From Candidatus Woesebacteria bacterium (GTDB lineage Bacteria > Patescibacteriota > Microgenomatia > UBA8517), in contig JAGUZK010000043.1 of assembly GCA_020060845.1 (NCBI GenBank), positions 1-60,569 on the forward strand: 60,569 nt of DNA. The letters are read 5' to 3'. Position 1 is the first letter of the stretch; each line of letters begins with the position of its first letter. Under the pieces are notes generated by a model that did no database searches, was not told where the DNA came from, and saw nothing but the letters and a program-made list of their open reading frames with translations. The position numbers and the translations under genes are program-made. Shown here in pieces: positions 21,010-31,274 of this stretch.

Positions 21010-21537
21010 TTGAAGGTGATTATGAGAGTTATTATTTTTTCAATTGCTTTAATTTTTCTAATTTTTAGTCAGACACGTCCTGTTTTCGCACATTGCCCTT
21101 TATGTGTTGCAGGAGCAGGTGCCGGGTTGACATTGTCGCGATTTTTGGGGATTGATGATTCAATAACTGGGATTTGGTTGGGGGCGTTTATTGGAGCTTT
21201 GGCTTTTTGGACCCAAAGAATTTTGGGGCAAAGGAATAATTTTTTCTTGGCAAGGGGGGTTGGAATTTTAATCTACATCTTATTTTTTGTTTTGACTGTG
21301 TTGAGTTTTTACCGATTTAACCTCGTGGTTAGACATGGAGACATTTTTGGTTTTGATAAACTTACATTCGGAATGGTTTTGGGAGGCGTTGTCTTTTATT
21401 TTGTTGATCTTTTGAATACCTATCTAAGGCGAAAGAACGGCAAGGCACTTTTTCCGTATCAATCAGTAGTTTTAAGCTTGGGATCGATTATTTTTGCAAG
21501 TATTTTAGTCTATATACTTATCAATTATTTCATATAA
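21010..21537 (+). CDS. Hypothetical membrane protein with N-terminal CxxC
   Basis: 175 aa. HCPLC after the signal/TM segment, then further TM helices. Confidence 0.5.
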   Translation: MKVIMRVIIFSIALIFLIFSQTRPVFAHCPLCVAGAGAGLTLSRFLGIDDSITGIWLGAFIGALAFWTQRILGQRNNFFLARGVGILIYILFFVLTVLSFYRFNLVVRHGDIFGFDKLTFGMVLGGVVFYFVDLLNTYLRRKNGKALFPYQSVVLSLGSIIFASILVYILINYFI

Positions 21538-21542
21538 GACCT

Positions 21543-22745
21543 ATGGCTGGAAGAAAAAAGAAAAGTGATTTTTTGAGTAAATTCTTGATATTTTTGTCAC
21601 TTGTTCTTTTTGGTTTTATGCTTGGCGGTAACCTGAACGAGATTAAAAATGCAAAGATGATAAGCTGGATGGGGCGAGGATCTTTATCTGGGACGATATC
21701 CCCCAAAGAATTAGAAAAGAAATTACAAGATAAAGATTTTGTTTTAATTAATGTTCACACTCCCTACGAGGGGGAGATCGCCAAGACTGATACCTTTATT
21801 GAATACGATTCAATAAAAGCAAATACCGCTAGACTTCCGGCCGATAAGAACGCAAAGATTGTTCTTTATTGCAAAAGTGGAAATATGAGCTCGCAAGCTC
21901 TAAAAACCCTTAAAAGTATGGGTTATACAAATGTCTACCACTTAAGTGGAGGGATGGATGCTTGGAAAAAGGCGGGTTATGAGATCTTAGATTTGTCAGA
22001 TTTGCCAAACCAGGTTCTACCAGAGGAGGGATTTGTGCTCCCGGTTTCGTGGGGTGATATTGCTACAAGGTTAATCGAATTGGGTGTAATCGATAAGACT
22101 AAGTTTGAAAAAGCAGTCATAATGGGTGAAGCGGAAAAAGCGGTATTTGAGGGTAAATCAGACACTCCAATAAGGATAGATAGCAAAAATAGCCAGTTTG
22201 TAGTTGATCTTTTGTGGGCATTAGGTCTTGCCCAAAAATCTTTAGTTTATGACAAAGGGCCTATGGGGACCCGATACAAAAATGAGGCTGGAAATTTTGC
22301 TTCGACAGGTGGTTGGAATTTAGCGGTTGGTTCTGCGATGAATTACTACAATAAGTTTGAGCTTATTGGCCTTTCAGAAGATGAACAACAAAGAGTCTAC
22401 GATATAGCATCAAATATTTACAGACCTTGTTGTGGAAATCATACAGCTTTTCCTGATTGCAATCATGGAATGGCCGCTTTGGCCGCGATTGAATTAATGG
22501 TTAAAAAGGGGCTGTCTGATGATGAAATCTACAAGAATATTCTTAAGCTTAACTCCTTTTGGTTCCCAAGTAATTATTTGACAGTTGCTACATATTTTGC
22601 CAGGCAGGGGATCAATTGGGACAAAGTTGATGCAAAGAAGGTGCTTGGATCCAATTTTTCCTCTGGACAGGGGGCAGCGAAAATTGCAAAAGAGGTTGGA
22701 CCTTTGCCCTTTGAGACGAGATATGGGGGAAGCTGTGGAGCATAA
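21543..22745 (+). CDS. Membrane-anchored rhodanese-domain protein with Cys-rich C-terminal domain
   Basis: Rhodanese active-site loop (LYCKSGNMS) and SGGMDAWKKAG. The C-terminal half carries PCCGNHTAFPDCNHG. Confidence 0.7.
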   Translation: MAGRKKKSDFLSKFLIFLSLVLFGFMLGGNLNEIKNAKMISWMGRGSLSGTISPKELEKKLQDKDFVLINVHTPYEGEIAKTDTFIEYDSIKANTARLPADKNAKIVLYCKSGNMSSQALKTLKSMGYTNVYHLSGGMDAWKKAGYEILDLSDLPNQVLPEEGFVLPVSWGDIATRLIELGVIDKTKFEKAVIMGEAEKAVFEGKSDTPIRIDSKNSQFVVDLLWALGLAQKSLVYDKGPMGTRYKNEAGNFASTGGWNLAVGSAMNYYNKFELIGLSEDEQQRVYDIASNIYRPCCGNHTAFPDCNHGMAALAAIELMVKKGLSDDEIYKNILKLNSFWFPSNYLTVATYFARQGINWDKVDAKKVLGSNFSSGQGAAKIAKEVGPLPFETRYGGSCGA

Positions 22746-22864
22746 GCCTATTTTGTTCGTTACTTGGCTGCTTCGAAGAAATGTTGTAATGTTGATGAAA
22801 GCGGTAAGGGAAACGACTGAGTTCAAGCGACAAAGTAACTATCAGGATAAAGGAGGTGAATATT

Positions 22865-23131
22865 GTGAAATTTAACGAAAAAGCATTTGCGAATACACTA
22901 GCTGCTTTCGTAAGCGTAGTTTATCTTTTTTGCAGATTGGGAATCGCGCTTTTTCCGCAGTTTAGTATGACCATTGCCCGTAGCTGGTTTCATGGTTTTG
23001 ATATGGAAAGATTTTGGGCACCTCGAGCATTTACAGAGGACTTTATTTTGGGGCTTGTAACGGCTGGCTTCTTTTCTTGGATTGCCGGTTGGATTTTTGC
23101 ATCACTTTATAATTATTTTTCAAAGAGATAA
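22865..23131 (+). CDS. Small membrane protein (DUF5676-like)
   Basis: AGGAGG at 22851-22856 followed by GTG 22865. Two hydrophobic helices. Confidence 0.5.
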   Translation: MKFNEKAFANTLAAFVSVVYLFCRLGIALFPQFSMTIARSWFHGFDMERFWAPRAFTEDFILGLVTAGFFSWIAGWIFASLYNYFSKR

Positions 23132-23280
23132 TTGGTGTAAGAAAGAATTACAAAAGATTATGTTTGTAAAATAGAAAAGCCAAAGATAGAAAATGTGGGC
23201 TGTTTAGTTTTTTATTAGATGAAAGACAAAGAGGATAGAGAAATATTTACATATTATATTAGGATATTGGAGGAGGTGAT

Positions 23281-23712
23281 TTGATGATGGATAAATCTTT
23301 AGTAAACGGATTAATAGGAGGTCTAGTTGGAGTTGCCCTGACGTTATTGATAACGAACTATTCAGTAAACAACCAAAACTTTGGAATGATGCGAATGATG
23401 GGTATGGGCAGAGGGGTTGAGAGAATGATGGATGAGGATGAGTGTCCGGTAATGGGTGACAAAGAAAGACCAAAAGAAATGGGTATGGGTCAGATGTCAT
23501 CAGTTCTTTCAAAGTTAAGAGGGGATGAGTTTGATAGGGAATTTATAAGGTTGATGATTGAGCACCACAAAGGAGCAATAGACATGGCAGAACTTGTTCT
23601 AACCAATAGCCAGAGAAACGAATTAAGACAAATGGCAGATGATATCATCTCAGCCCAGTCCAAGGAAATTGAGATGATGCAGAAATGGAATAGCCAATGG
23701 TTTGGGGAGTAA
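23281..23712 (+). CDS. DUF305-family protein with Met-rich segment
   Basis: FDREFIRLMIEHHKGAIDMAE is the DUF305 signature. MMRMMGMGRG is a Met-rich, copper-binding-like tract. Confidence 0.75.
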   Translation: MMMDKSLVNGLIGGLVGVALTLLITNYSVNNQNFGMMRMMGMGRGVERMMDEDECPVMGDKERPKEMGMGQMSSVLSKLRGDEFDREFIRLMIEHHKGAIDMAELVLTNSQRNELRQMADDIISAQSKEIEMMQKWNSQWFGE

Positions 23713-23792
23713 GGCTAGTTTCTATTAGCAGTTACTTTGTTATGTGGGGGTGTTTGGCAATTTGGATGGTCAGTAGAGTGGCCTGAAAAAGT

Positions 23793-24146
23793 ATGGACAA
23801 GATTTTAGTGACACTATCAGGTTTTGGTCTAATAGCCTTTATATATTTTTTTTTCTTTGGGAAAAAAGAAGAAGAAGCTGTGGCTGGAGAAACTCCTAAA
23901 ATCCTAGTTGATGGCGGATACAAACCCGCAAATATCAGGATCAAAAAGGGCAAGACTACTATTTTGAAAATTATTCGTCGTGACCCAAATAGTTGTCTAG
24001 AAGAGATAGTATTACCAGAATTTAAAATTAGAAAATTCTTACCGCTTAACGAGGAGGTGGAGATTCCTATTAACCCTCAAAAGTCGGGGGAGTTTGGTTT
24101 TCACTGTGGCATGAATATGTATCATGGCAAACTAATCGTAGATTAG
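23793..24146 (+). CDS. Cupredoxin-like domain protein, membrane anchored
   Basis: [16 protein letters not shown] motif. Sits directly upstream of copA. Confidence 0.65.
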   Translation: MDKILVTLSGFGLIAFIYFFFFGKKEEEAVAGETPKILVDGGYKPANIRIKKGKTTILKIIRRDPNSCLEEIVLPEFKIRKFLPLNEEVEIPINPQKSGEFGFHCGMNMYHGKLIVD

Positions 24147-24192
24147 TTTGCGGAAGATATTCTGGTTTTACGAATGTGTGTGCTTGTGTATT

Positions 24193-26583
24193 ATGGACGA
24201 TAAACCAACAACTAGCCAACTTACCAGTCGGAAGCTTTCATTTCCGATAATTGGGATGCATTGTGCTTCCTGTGCAAAACTCATCGAAAGAAAGCTTCTT
24301 AAGACCCCAGGGGTTTTGTCTGCTTCAGTAAACTATGCAAGTGAACAGGCAAGTGTTGAATGTGATTCTCTGGTTTCCAATGAACAACTGGCAAATTCAG
24401 TTGAGGAAGCAGGATATAAGGCTATAATTCAGAATTCAAAAATCAAAGACCAAAAAAACCAAGAAGAAAGCAGTGTTGAGGAGATAAAGGAAAGGGAAAA
24501 GAAAAAAGAGCTTAAAAACCTAAGGTTTAAGGTAATTATTTCATCTATCCTTTCTTCCCTTATTTTTGCTGGTAGTTTTCCAGATTGGTTACCTTTTGTA
24601 CCCGATATCTTATCCAATTCTTTTGTACTTTGGGTGCTTACCACTCCTATCCAGTTTTGGGCAGGAAGAAGTTTCTATCAGGCAACATGGTCGGGATTAA
24701 GAAATAGAACGGCAAGTATGGACACTCTAGTTGCAATTGGGACAACTGCTGCATATGGGTATTCAGTTTGGTCTTTGATTTTTGGAGGGCCGATGTATTT
24801 TGACACTGCAGCGGTTATCATTACTCTTATTCTTTTAGGGAGATATTTGGAGGCAAAGGCAAAAGCTCATACATCAGATGCTATAAAAAAATTACTAGGA
24901 CTGCAGGCAAAGACAGCAAGGGTACTCTTGCCGGCAGGTCATGAGCTAGCCCAAAAATTTCAGGGTTCCAAGGTTTTAGTTGGCAACAAAAAATATTATG
25001 AAGTAGATCTTCCTATTGGTGAGGTGCAGGCTGGTTTTATGATGCGGGTTCGTCCTGGGGAGAAGGTGCCAACTGATGGCGTCATAGTGGAAGGAGCAAG
25101 CTCAGTTGATGAATCAATGGTTACGGGAGAGTCATTACCAATTGAGAAGGGGGTTGGAGATAAAGTTATTGGAGCTACAATTAATAAGTCTGGAAGTTTT
25201 ATCTTTAGGGCTGAGAGGGTGGGGTCCGAGACGGTGCTTGCACAGATAGTTAAGATGGTTTCAGAGGCACAAAGCTCTCGAGCTCCAATCCAAAAAATTG
25301 TTGATATTGTTTCTTCCTACTTTGTCCCAAGTGTGTTGATGTTGGCGGTTGCTACTTTTGTTGTTTGGTATGATCTAGGATTTGCCACAAATGCGCTTGT
25401 GAATATGATTGCGGTTTTAATTATTGCTTGCCCCTGCGCTATGGGTCTCGCAACTCCTACTGCGATTATGGTTGGGGTTGGAAAGGGAGCCGAAAAAGGC
25501 ATTCTTATCAAAGATGCTGAAAGCTTAGAGGTAGCACATAAGATAAGAGCAATCGTTTTTGATAAAACAGGGACCCTAACTGAGGGCAAGCCAAAGGTAA
25601 CAGATGTGATAGCGGTTTATGGGTCGGAGTTTGCGGTCGATAGCAATAAGAAAAAACACAAACCAACTAGCCGTCCTCTCCAGATTGCAGCATCTCTGGA
25701 GCAAGGTTCAGAGCATTCATTGGCGGATGCTATATTAGAAAAAGCCAAAGAAGAAAAACTGCCCCTTCTTAAAGTTAGTGAGTTTAAATCCCATCCAGGC
25801 ATGGGAATAGAAGGAAAAATTAGCAAGAAGAAGTATTTTCTGGGAAACAGGGCATTGATGACGAAAATGGGAGCCGATATATCAAGATACAAGGATGAAG
25901 TCGAGAACTTGGAAGGAGAGGGCAAGACGGTAGTGTATCTGTCTGAGAACTCCCGGATAGTTGCTTTGGTTTCTGTTGCCGACACAATTAAACCCAACGT
26001 AAGAGAGGTGGTTAATGAGTTGAAAAGAAGAGGTATTGATGTCTGGATGATCACTGGAGATAATCAAAGGACAGCAAGAGCAATAGCAAAATTAGCTGGA
26101 ATTGAGAATGTTTTGGCAGAGGTTTTGCCTGATGAAAAGGCCAAAAAAGTAAAAGAACTGAAAGCTCGTGATTTGGAGTCAGCGGTCTCTAGTAATAAGG
26201 ACAGACATACTAAGAAAACAGCCACAGTTGCCTTTGTGGGCGATGGAATAAATGATGCGCCGGCTCTAGCTGCGGCTGATATTGGCATTGCAATGGGTAC
26301 CGGGACTGATGTTGCGATTGAAGCCGCGGGGATTACACTTTTGAATCGTGATATTCGTAGTGTCCTAACTGCTTTTAATTTAAGTAGCGCAAGCATCTCA
26401 ATAATTAAGCAAAACCTCTTTTGGGCTTTTGGATATAATGTGTTATTAATTCCTGTTGCAATGGGAGCTCTATACCCAATTTTTGGACTTCTTCTTAACC
26501 CGGCTCTAGCTGCATTTGCTATGGCCGCAAGCTCAATTTCTGTTGTTGGCAACTCACTTAGATTAAAAGTTATTAAAATCTAG
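24193..26583 (+). CDS. copA: Copper-translocating P1B-type ATPase
   Basis: N-terminal GMHCASC HMA domain, CPC in the TM segment, DKTGTLT phosphorylation site, GDGINDAP hinge. ATG 24193 was preferred over the TTG at 24148. Confidence 0.9.
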   Translation: MDDKPTTSQLTSRKLSFPIIGMHCASCAKLIERKLLKTPGVLSASVNYASEQASVECDSLVSNEQLANSVEEAGYKAIIQNSKIKDQKNQEESSVEEIKEREKKKELKNLRFKVIISSILSSLIFAGSFPDWLPFVPDILSNSFVLWVLTTPIQFWAGRSFYQATWSGLRNRTASMDTLVAIGTTAAYGYSVWSLIFGGPMYFDTAAVIITLILLGRYLEAKAKAHTSDAIKKLLGLQAKTARVLLPAGHELAQKFQGSKVLVGNKKYYEVDLPIGEVQAGFMMRVRPGEKVPTDGVIVEGASSVDESMVTGESLPIEKGVGDKVIGATINKSGSFIFRAERVGSETVLAQIVKMVSEAQSSRAPIQKIVDIVSSYFVPSVLMLAVATFVVWYDLGFATNALVNMIAVLIIACPCAMGLATPTAIMVGVGKGAEKGILIKDAESLEVAHKIRAIVFDKTGTLTEGKPKVTDVIAVYGSEFAVDSNKKKHKPTSRPLQIAASLEQGSEHSLADAILEKAKEEKLPLLKVSEFKSHPGMGIEGKISKKKYFLGNRALMTKMGADISRYKDEVENLEGEGKTVVYLSENSRIVALVSVADTIKPNVREVVNELKRRGIDVWMITGDNQRTARAIAKLAGIENVLAEVLPDEKAKKVKELKARDLESAVSSNKDRHTKKTATVAFVGDGINDAPALAAADIGIAMGTGTDVAIEAAGITLLNRDIRSVLTAFNLSSASISIIKQNLFWAFGYNVLLIPVAMGALYPIFGLLLNPALAAFAMAASSISVVGNSLRLKVIKI

Positions 26584-26631
26584 CTTACTGACATATTAAG
26601 CCATTATGTGGTATAAAAAAGTAGAAGTGCC

Positions 26632-26844
26632 ATGTTTGATGTTGGTAGGCAGTTAGTTTTTTTTGGATTGGTACTTGTTACATTTGGGGTCTTTTTGTCT
26701 TTTTTTGATAATACCCCTTTCGGGAGATTGCCGGGGGATTTTCTTTTTAGAAAAGGAAATTTTACTTTTTATGCACCAGTTGCAACCTCTCTCATCGTGA
26801 GTATTCTTCTTACTATAGTTTTGAATTTGATCAACAGGAGGTAG
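26632..26844 (+). CDS. DUF2905-like small membrane protein
   Basis: LPGDFLFRKGNFTFYAPVATSLIVSILLTIVLN. Confidence 0.6.
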   Translation: MFDVGRQLVFFGLVLVTFGVFLSFFDNTPFGRLPGDFLFRKGNFTFYAPVATSLIVSILLTIVLNLINRR

Positions 26845-26893
26845 TTTATTTGCATATTGACTGAGATAATGTAATACACGTATTATCATACGT

Positions 26894-27214
26894 ATGGCGA
26901 CATTCAATATTGGTGATGCTGATTTTGAAGAGAAGGTTGTTAAATCTGCAGCCCCGGTGTTGGTTGATTTCTGGGCGCCTTGGTGTGGCCCGTGCAGGAT
27001 GGCTGAGCCGGTTTTGGAGGAACTATCTGAACAGTACAAGGGAAAGGTAGAGATAGCAAAGATCAATGTTGATGATCATCAGGAGAATGCACAAAAGTTT
27101 GGCGTTATGTCAATCCCCACCACAATATTGTTTAGAGAAGGCAAGGAAGTCGGAAGGCAGGTTGGTTTTGCGGGAAAACAAGCATTTGAAGATCTAATTA
27201 AAAAAGTGTTGTGA
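26894..27214 (+). CDS. trxA: Thioredoxin
   Basis: WCGPC active site in a 106-aa protein. Confidence 0.9.
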   Translation: MATFNIGDADFEEKVVKSAAPVLVDFWAPWCGPCRMAEPVLEELSEQYKGKVEIAKINVDDHQENAQKFGVMSIPTTILFREGKEVGRQVGFAGKQAFEDLIKKVL

Positions 27215-27269
27215 CAAGGAAAATCTTTGTCAATAACCCAATTGTCAAATTTTGGGGTAGAGAGGGGAG

Positions 27270-27617
27270 GTGAATATTTTGAATTCTAACGATCCAAATT
27301 CAAACATGAACCAAGGAATGCCAGGTGGAGTGGCAGGAGGTGTTGGAACTGGAGTACAGCCAGGGGGTCAGGCTAATATGCCTACCGGACAAGCCGGAAC
27401 AACTTCATTGGGTCCGTCCGATGATATGTCAACACCACCAAGTAGTACAGGAGTTGAGCCGTCCTCACCAACGGCAAGCATGCCTACAAGTGAAACAGCC
27501 GCAGGTCAGCCAGCAGATCTGGGCGCTGGGGATGAAGGTGTTGCTCCCTTGTCTGGTCAACCAGATAAGACAGATGAAGGTACAACGGGTGGGGGCGCAC
27601 CAGTTTCTGGTATTTAA
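27270..27617 (+). CDS. Low-complexity G/P/T/S-rich hypothetical protein
   Basis: 115-aa ORF with a GTG start after GAGGGGAG. Composition is biased and no fold was recognised. Confidence 0.35.
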   Translation: MNILNSNDPNSNMNQGMPGGVAGGVGTGVQPGGQANMPTGQAGTTSLGPSDDMSTPPSSTGVEPSSPTASMPTSETAAGQPADLGAGDEGVAPLSGQPDKTDEGTTGGGAPVSGI

Positions 27618-27708
27618 ATTAATATAACTTTGTACACTCTCCAAACCAAATTTAGTTTTTGGACTTGTTTGGTTTGGAGGTGTTTTAGAGATATTCTTGT
27701 GAGAAAAT

Positions 27709-28752
27709 ATGAGTGATAATGCTGTTTTAGCTGAAAAGCCGAAAGATGGTGGTCAGTGGGATATAGCAATTATTGGTTCAGGTCCTGCCGGATTGACTGC
27801 GGCTATTTATGCGACTCGCGGTGCAGCTTCAACAATTGTTTTTGCAGGAGATAAATGGGGAGGGCAGTTGATGCTTACTACAACTGTAGACAATTTCCCA
27901 GGTTTTCCATCGGGTATCCAAGGACCGGAACTTATGTTTAATATGAGAAAGCAAGCCAAAAGATTCGGTGCAGAAATAATTGATAAGAATGTTCTTGGAG
28001 TTGACTTTGAAAAGCACCCATTCGAGATAGCTACAGATAGTAAGGTTTATTATGCTAAAAGTGTGATTATTGCCACGGGTTCAATAACTAAGTGGCTAGG
28101 TGTTCCGGGTGAAGATAGGCTTTTGGGACGAGGTGTTTCTTCGTGTGCCCCCTGTGACGCACCCTTCTTCAAGGAAAAGAGGGTGGTTGTGATTGGTGGC
28201 GGAGATTCGGCAATGGAGGAGGCTCTTGTACTTACCAAGTACTCAAAGTCAGTAACAATAGTCCATAGGAGGAGTGAGTTTAAGGCCTCGGCGGCTATGC
28301 AGGCGAGAGTATTTCAAGCCCAAGAAGAAGGAAAGATAAAAATTATCTGGGATAGTGAGATAACGGAGATTTTGGGAGGCAATTTGGTGGAGGCTGTAAG
28401 AATAAAAACAAGTCTTAACTCCAAATCTTTAGATAATATAAAAAAAGATAACGAAGCTAAGCTTTTAGAAGAAAAAGAAGGGTTTCTTCATTGGGAAAAG
28501 CCAATTGATGGGGTCTTTGTAGCAATTGGGCATATCCCAGCAACAGATATTTTTTCTGGGAAAATTAAAACTGATGAGAAAGGATACATAGTTGTTGATA
28601 AAGTTGCTCAGACAGAAATAAAGGAAGGAGTTTTTGTGGCAGGCGATGTCCATGATTTTAAGTACAGACAGGCAATAACAGCAGCGGGATTTGGATGTAT
28701 GGCAGCGATGGATGCTCTTAAATTTTTAGATAAAGATATTCCAAACTGGTAA
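27709..28752 (+). CDS. trxB: Thioredoxin-disulfide reductase
   Basis: GSGPAG FAD motif, CAPC redox pair, GGGDSA NADPH motif. Confidence 0.9.
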   Translation: MSDNAVLAEKPKDGGQWDIAIIGSGPAGLTAAIYATRGAASTIVFAGDKWGGQLMLTTTVDNFPGFPSGIQGPELMFNMRKQAKRFGAEIIDKNVLGVDFEKHPFEIATDSKVYYAKSVIIATGSITKWLGVPGEDRLLGRGVSSCAPCDAPFFKEKRVVVIGGGDSAMEEALVLTKYSKSVTIVHRRSEFKASAAMQARVFQAQEEGKIKIIWDSEITEILGGNLVEAVRIKTSLNSKSLDNIKKDNEAKLLEEKEGFLHWEKPIDGVFVAIGHIPATDIFSGKIKTDEKGYIVVDKVAQTEIKEGVFVAGDVHDFKYRQAITAAGFGCMAAMDALKFLDKDIPNW

Positions 28753-28784
28753 ACAGAAGGTGTTTACCTTACTTATAGAAAGTT

Positions 28785-29675
28785 TTGAATTTTCGCTTGT
28801 TGACAAACATTGAATTTCTAAGGACAATACTTATCATGGATGAGAAAGCCTCCAGAAAGAAAGGATCACTCTTGGAGAGATTGGTGCCAGTATTGCTTCT
28901 TGCCTCAATTGGTTTGGCATTTGCAGTTGGAGTTCTTTGGCAAAAGGTCTCATCTCTTGAGAAAGGTGGGTCTGTAACTACTACCACGGCTGGTACTGGG
29001 GATACAACAACGGATGCCCAGCAACAGCCAAAAGTCACAATTGAAAAAATTAGGAAATTGTTTGATGAGGACGTGATCAAATTTGGAAAGAAAAATGCAA
29101 AGCTTGTGTTGGTGATGGTCTCGGATACGAGTTGTCCTTATTGCCATATTGCGTCCGGGAAGAATCCTGAGCTGAATAAGAAAGTTGATGCGGATTCAGG
29201 GGGTAGGACTAGTTTTACTTTAGTATCCGATGGTGGTAAATATATTGCACCGCTTGTTGAGTTTAAAAAGTTGCTAGATCAAGGCAAGGCTTCCTTTGTC
29301 TACATCTATACTCCCGGACATGGGAATGGAGAAATGGGAGCACAAGCTCTTTACTGTGCTTACGAGAAAGGCAAATTCTGGGAGGCACATGACCTTTTGA
29401 TGACTTCAAAGGGATATGACCTTCTTAATAACAGTGTCAGAAACGATGTTTCCAAAGCAGGCGAGCTTGCTCAATTTCTATCAAGTGCGGTCGATAGTAA
29501 ATTTATGAAGGATTGCTTGGAGAGCGGAAAATATGCAGATAGAATCAAAAAGGATGTTGAGCTGGCTAAAAGCCTTGGGGCCCAGGGGACTCCCTTTTTT
29601 GCAGTTAATGATACTCTTTTTCCGGGAGCATATAGCTACAATGATATGAAGAGCGCAGTTGAGGCAGCCCTTTGA
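28785..29675 (+). CDS. DsbA-like thioredoxin-fold protein, membrane anchored
   Basis: CPYC motif. The likely start is ATG 28836 (MDEKASRKK...) followed by a TM segment. Confidence 0.75.
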   Translation: MNFRLLTNIEFLRTILIMDEKASRKKGSLLERLVPVLLLASIGLAFAVGVLWQKVSSLEKGGSVTTTTAGTGDTTTDAQQQPKVTIEKIRKLFDEDVIKFGKKNAKLVLVMVSDTSCPYCHIASGKNPELNKKVDADSGGRTSFTLVSDGGKYIAPLVEFKKLLDQGKASFVYIYTPGHGNGEMGAQALYCAYEKGKFWEAHDLLMTSKGYDLLNNSVRNDVSKAGELAQFLSSAVDSKFMKDCLESGKYADRIKKDVELAKSLGAQGTPFFAVNDTLFPGAYSYNDMKSAVEAAL

Positions 29676-29725
29676 CTTTCTTCCAATTACGTCTTGACTT
29701 TTGGTTTGTCTGACCGATTGGGGAT

Positions 29726-30331
29726 TTACTTATACAATATTCCTTCAAGAATTTTATAAATAACAACAGCTGCACAGCCCCATACATTGAAGCTTTTATT
29801 AATTCCTAGCATTGGGAGCTCTACTATCAAATCTGCCATTTTCAAGATTTCCCTTTCTATGCCGAAGGTTTCGTTTCCTACAATTATTGCACAAGGAGTT
29901 CTCACCACTTCGCCCAGCCTGCTGTAGGGGATGGATCTCTGTGACTGCTCGATTGCGATAATTTGGACACCTCTTTTTTTGAGCCTTTCAACTACCTCCA
30001 CTGTACTGTCTTTTTTCTCCCATGGCACCCAATTTTCAGTTCCAACTGCAGCTTTGTGGATTCTCGAGGAAGGGGGATACTCCATATCACCGCAAAGATA
30101 TACCTTTTTGCAAGCTGTTGCATCTGCAAGGCGGAATAGTGACCCAATATTATATGTGTCAATTATTCGATCCATTATTAAATAGATTGGGGTACGTTTA
30201 ATTTGCTTGAGGTCTTCTCTTGTTGGCTGGGAGACGCGAAGCTGAGAGGCATTAAGTTTACTCATATTTGTGAATTTTACATTATTTTTACTGCGGTGGA
30301 CACTGTTTTGAGTCAATCGGATAAGACTCAA
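29726..30331 (-). CDS. SpoU/TrmH-family RNA 2'-O-methyltransferase
   Basis: IGSLFRLADA, IVGNETFGI and LPMLGINKSFNV motifs. Confidence 0.8.
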   Translation of the reverse strand: MSLIRLTQNSVHRSKNNVKFTNMSKLNASQLRVSQPTREDLKQIKRTPIYLIMDRIIDTYNIGSLFRLADATACKKVYLCGDMEYPPSSRIHKAAVGTENWVPWEKKDSTVEVVERLKKRGVQIIAIEQSQRSIPYSRLGEVVRTPCAIIVGNETFGIEREILKMADLIVELPMLGINKSFNVWGCAAVVIYKILEGILYK

Positions 30332-30472
30332 GAGGTGGAGGCATTTTGTTTGGGTAGCCCCTTATTGGTCAAATTCAGGCTCAACTTATCAAGAAATTTT
30401 GGATTTTCAGCGGCCTTGAGGAAACTGGTATAGTGGGTTAATGATATTGCTTGTGCTAAATACTTCAATTAT

Positions 30473-30630
30473 ATTGACTCCTTTTAGCAATCAGTGATAA
30501 GATATGCCCCACATGACAACCCAAAGAAACAATTTTGTTTTCTTTTTTGCCTCCTAACGGGAGGTTGGGTTGTGGTGTATTAGTTAAATAATTACATCTT
30601 TTTACCAGCCTCCTGAAAGGGAGGTTTTTT
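30473..30630 (+). promoter_or_regulatory. Promoter-like element plus ~120-nt structured leader or small RNA ending in a terminator-like hairpin
   Basis: TTGACT (30473-30478), 18 nt, then TAAGAT. Closing stem ACAACCCAA/TTGGGTTGT (30516-30524 / 30565-30573) encloses two hairpins. CCTCCT-GAAA-GGGAGG (30609-30624) is followed by T6. Confidence 0.3.
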
Positions 30631-30651
30631 AGTGGGAAAAAATGAAAGGGG

Positions 30652-30945
30652 GTGAGAAAAATGGCGAGGAAAACAATTGCTGATAAATTAAGAGCTACAG
30701 TTAATCGAATAAAGGTAAGGAAGGGAGAAATTCCTCCTTGGGAAGCAGAATGGGATGGTTTGAGACTTGATCACCCCATGCCCGATCTTAGTGGGGTAGA
30801 TTGGGAGGAGTATAGAAGGGCTGTATTGGCAAGTTGCCCTCCGAGGGAAGCAGAAAGGATATTAAGCAATGTAGAGGAGGTTAGAGCCTGGATAGAAGGA
30901 GGGGTAGAAGGAAATCACAGAAGAGATCCAGAAAGAAATGGGTAA
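30652..30945 (+). CDS. Hypothetical protein
   Basis: 97-aa ORF (ATG at 30661 after GGGGGTGAG). No motif recognised. Confidence 0.4.
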   Translation: MRKMARKTIADKLRATVNRIKVRKGEIPPWEAEWDGLRLDHPMPDLSGVDWEEYRRAVLASCPPREAERILSNVEEVRAWIEGGVEGNHRRDPERNG

Positions 30946-31199
30946 TCTTTATAAACTTGATATTTTTTAACAAGATTTGCCGCATTAAAGTTGGACTCAG
31001 ATTTATAAAGGATTGCTTTTTTAATTGCGCAATCTGACAGTGGGAGCAATCCTTTCCGTGTCCGACAGGTTACGCAATCAAAGTGCGGTAGAAGTTCTTT
31101 AATTTTTTTGCGTTTTTTCTTTTTCTCTTTCCGGGGGCTGTCCGCAAGTTTCAAAAAAAGGCCCAATTTGCGTGCTTTCCGCTCAGGCGCGAGTGTCAA
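30915..31199 (-). CDS. Hypothetical Lys-rich protein with scattered Cys residues
   Basis: TTG start preceded by GGGAGG. Its first ~20 codons and its SD are duplicated at 33241-33316. Confidence 0.35.
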   Translation of the reverse strand: MTLAPERKARKLGLFLKLADSPRKEKKKKRKKIKELLPHFDCVTCRTRKGLLPLSDCAIKKAILYKSESNFNAANLVKKYQVYKDYPFLSGSLL

Positions 31200-31210
31200 G
31201 CGTCGCCTCC
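31131..31210. repeat. Copy A of an imperfect ~80-bp direct repeat
   Basis: Shares TCCGCAAGTTTCAAAAA(AA)GGCCCAATTTGCG and the flanking CAAGCG..CCTCC with 33241-33316. Confidence 0.65.
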
Positions 31211-31274
31211 CTACCTTTTTCTAATTCTTTTTGGCTGAGCAGATCGGTCTAGAATTTTGTTACCCATAAGTTTC

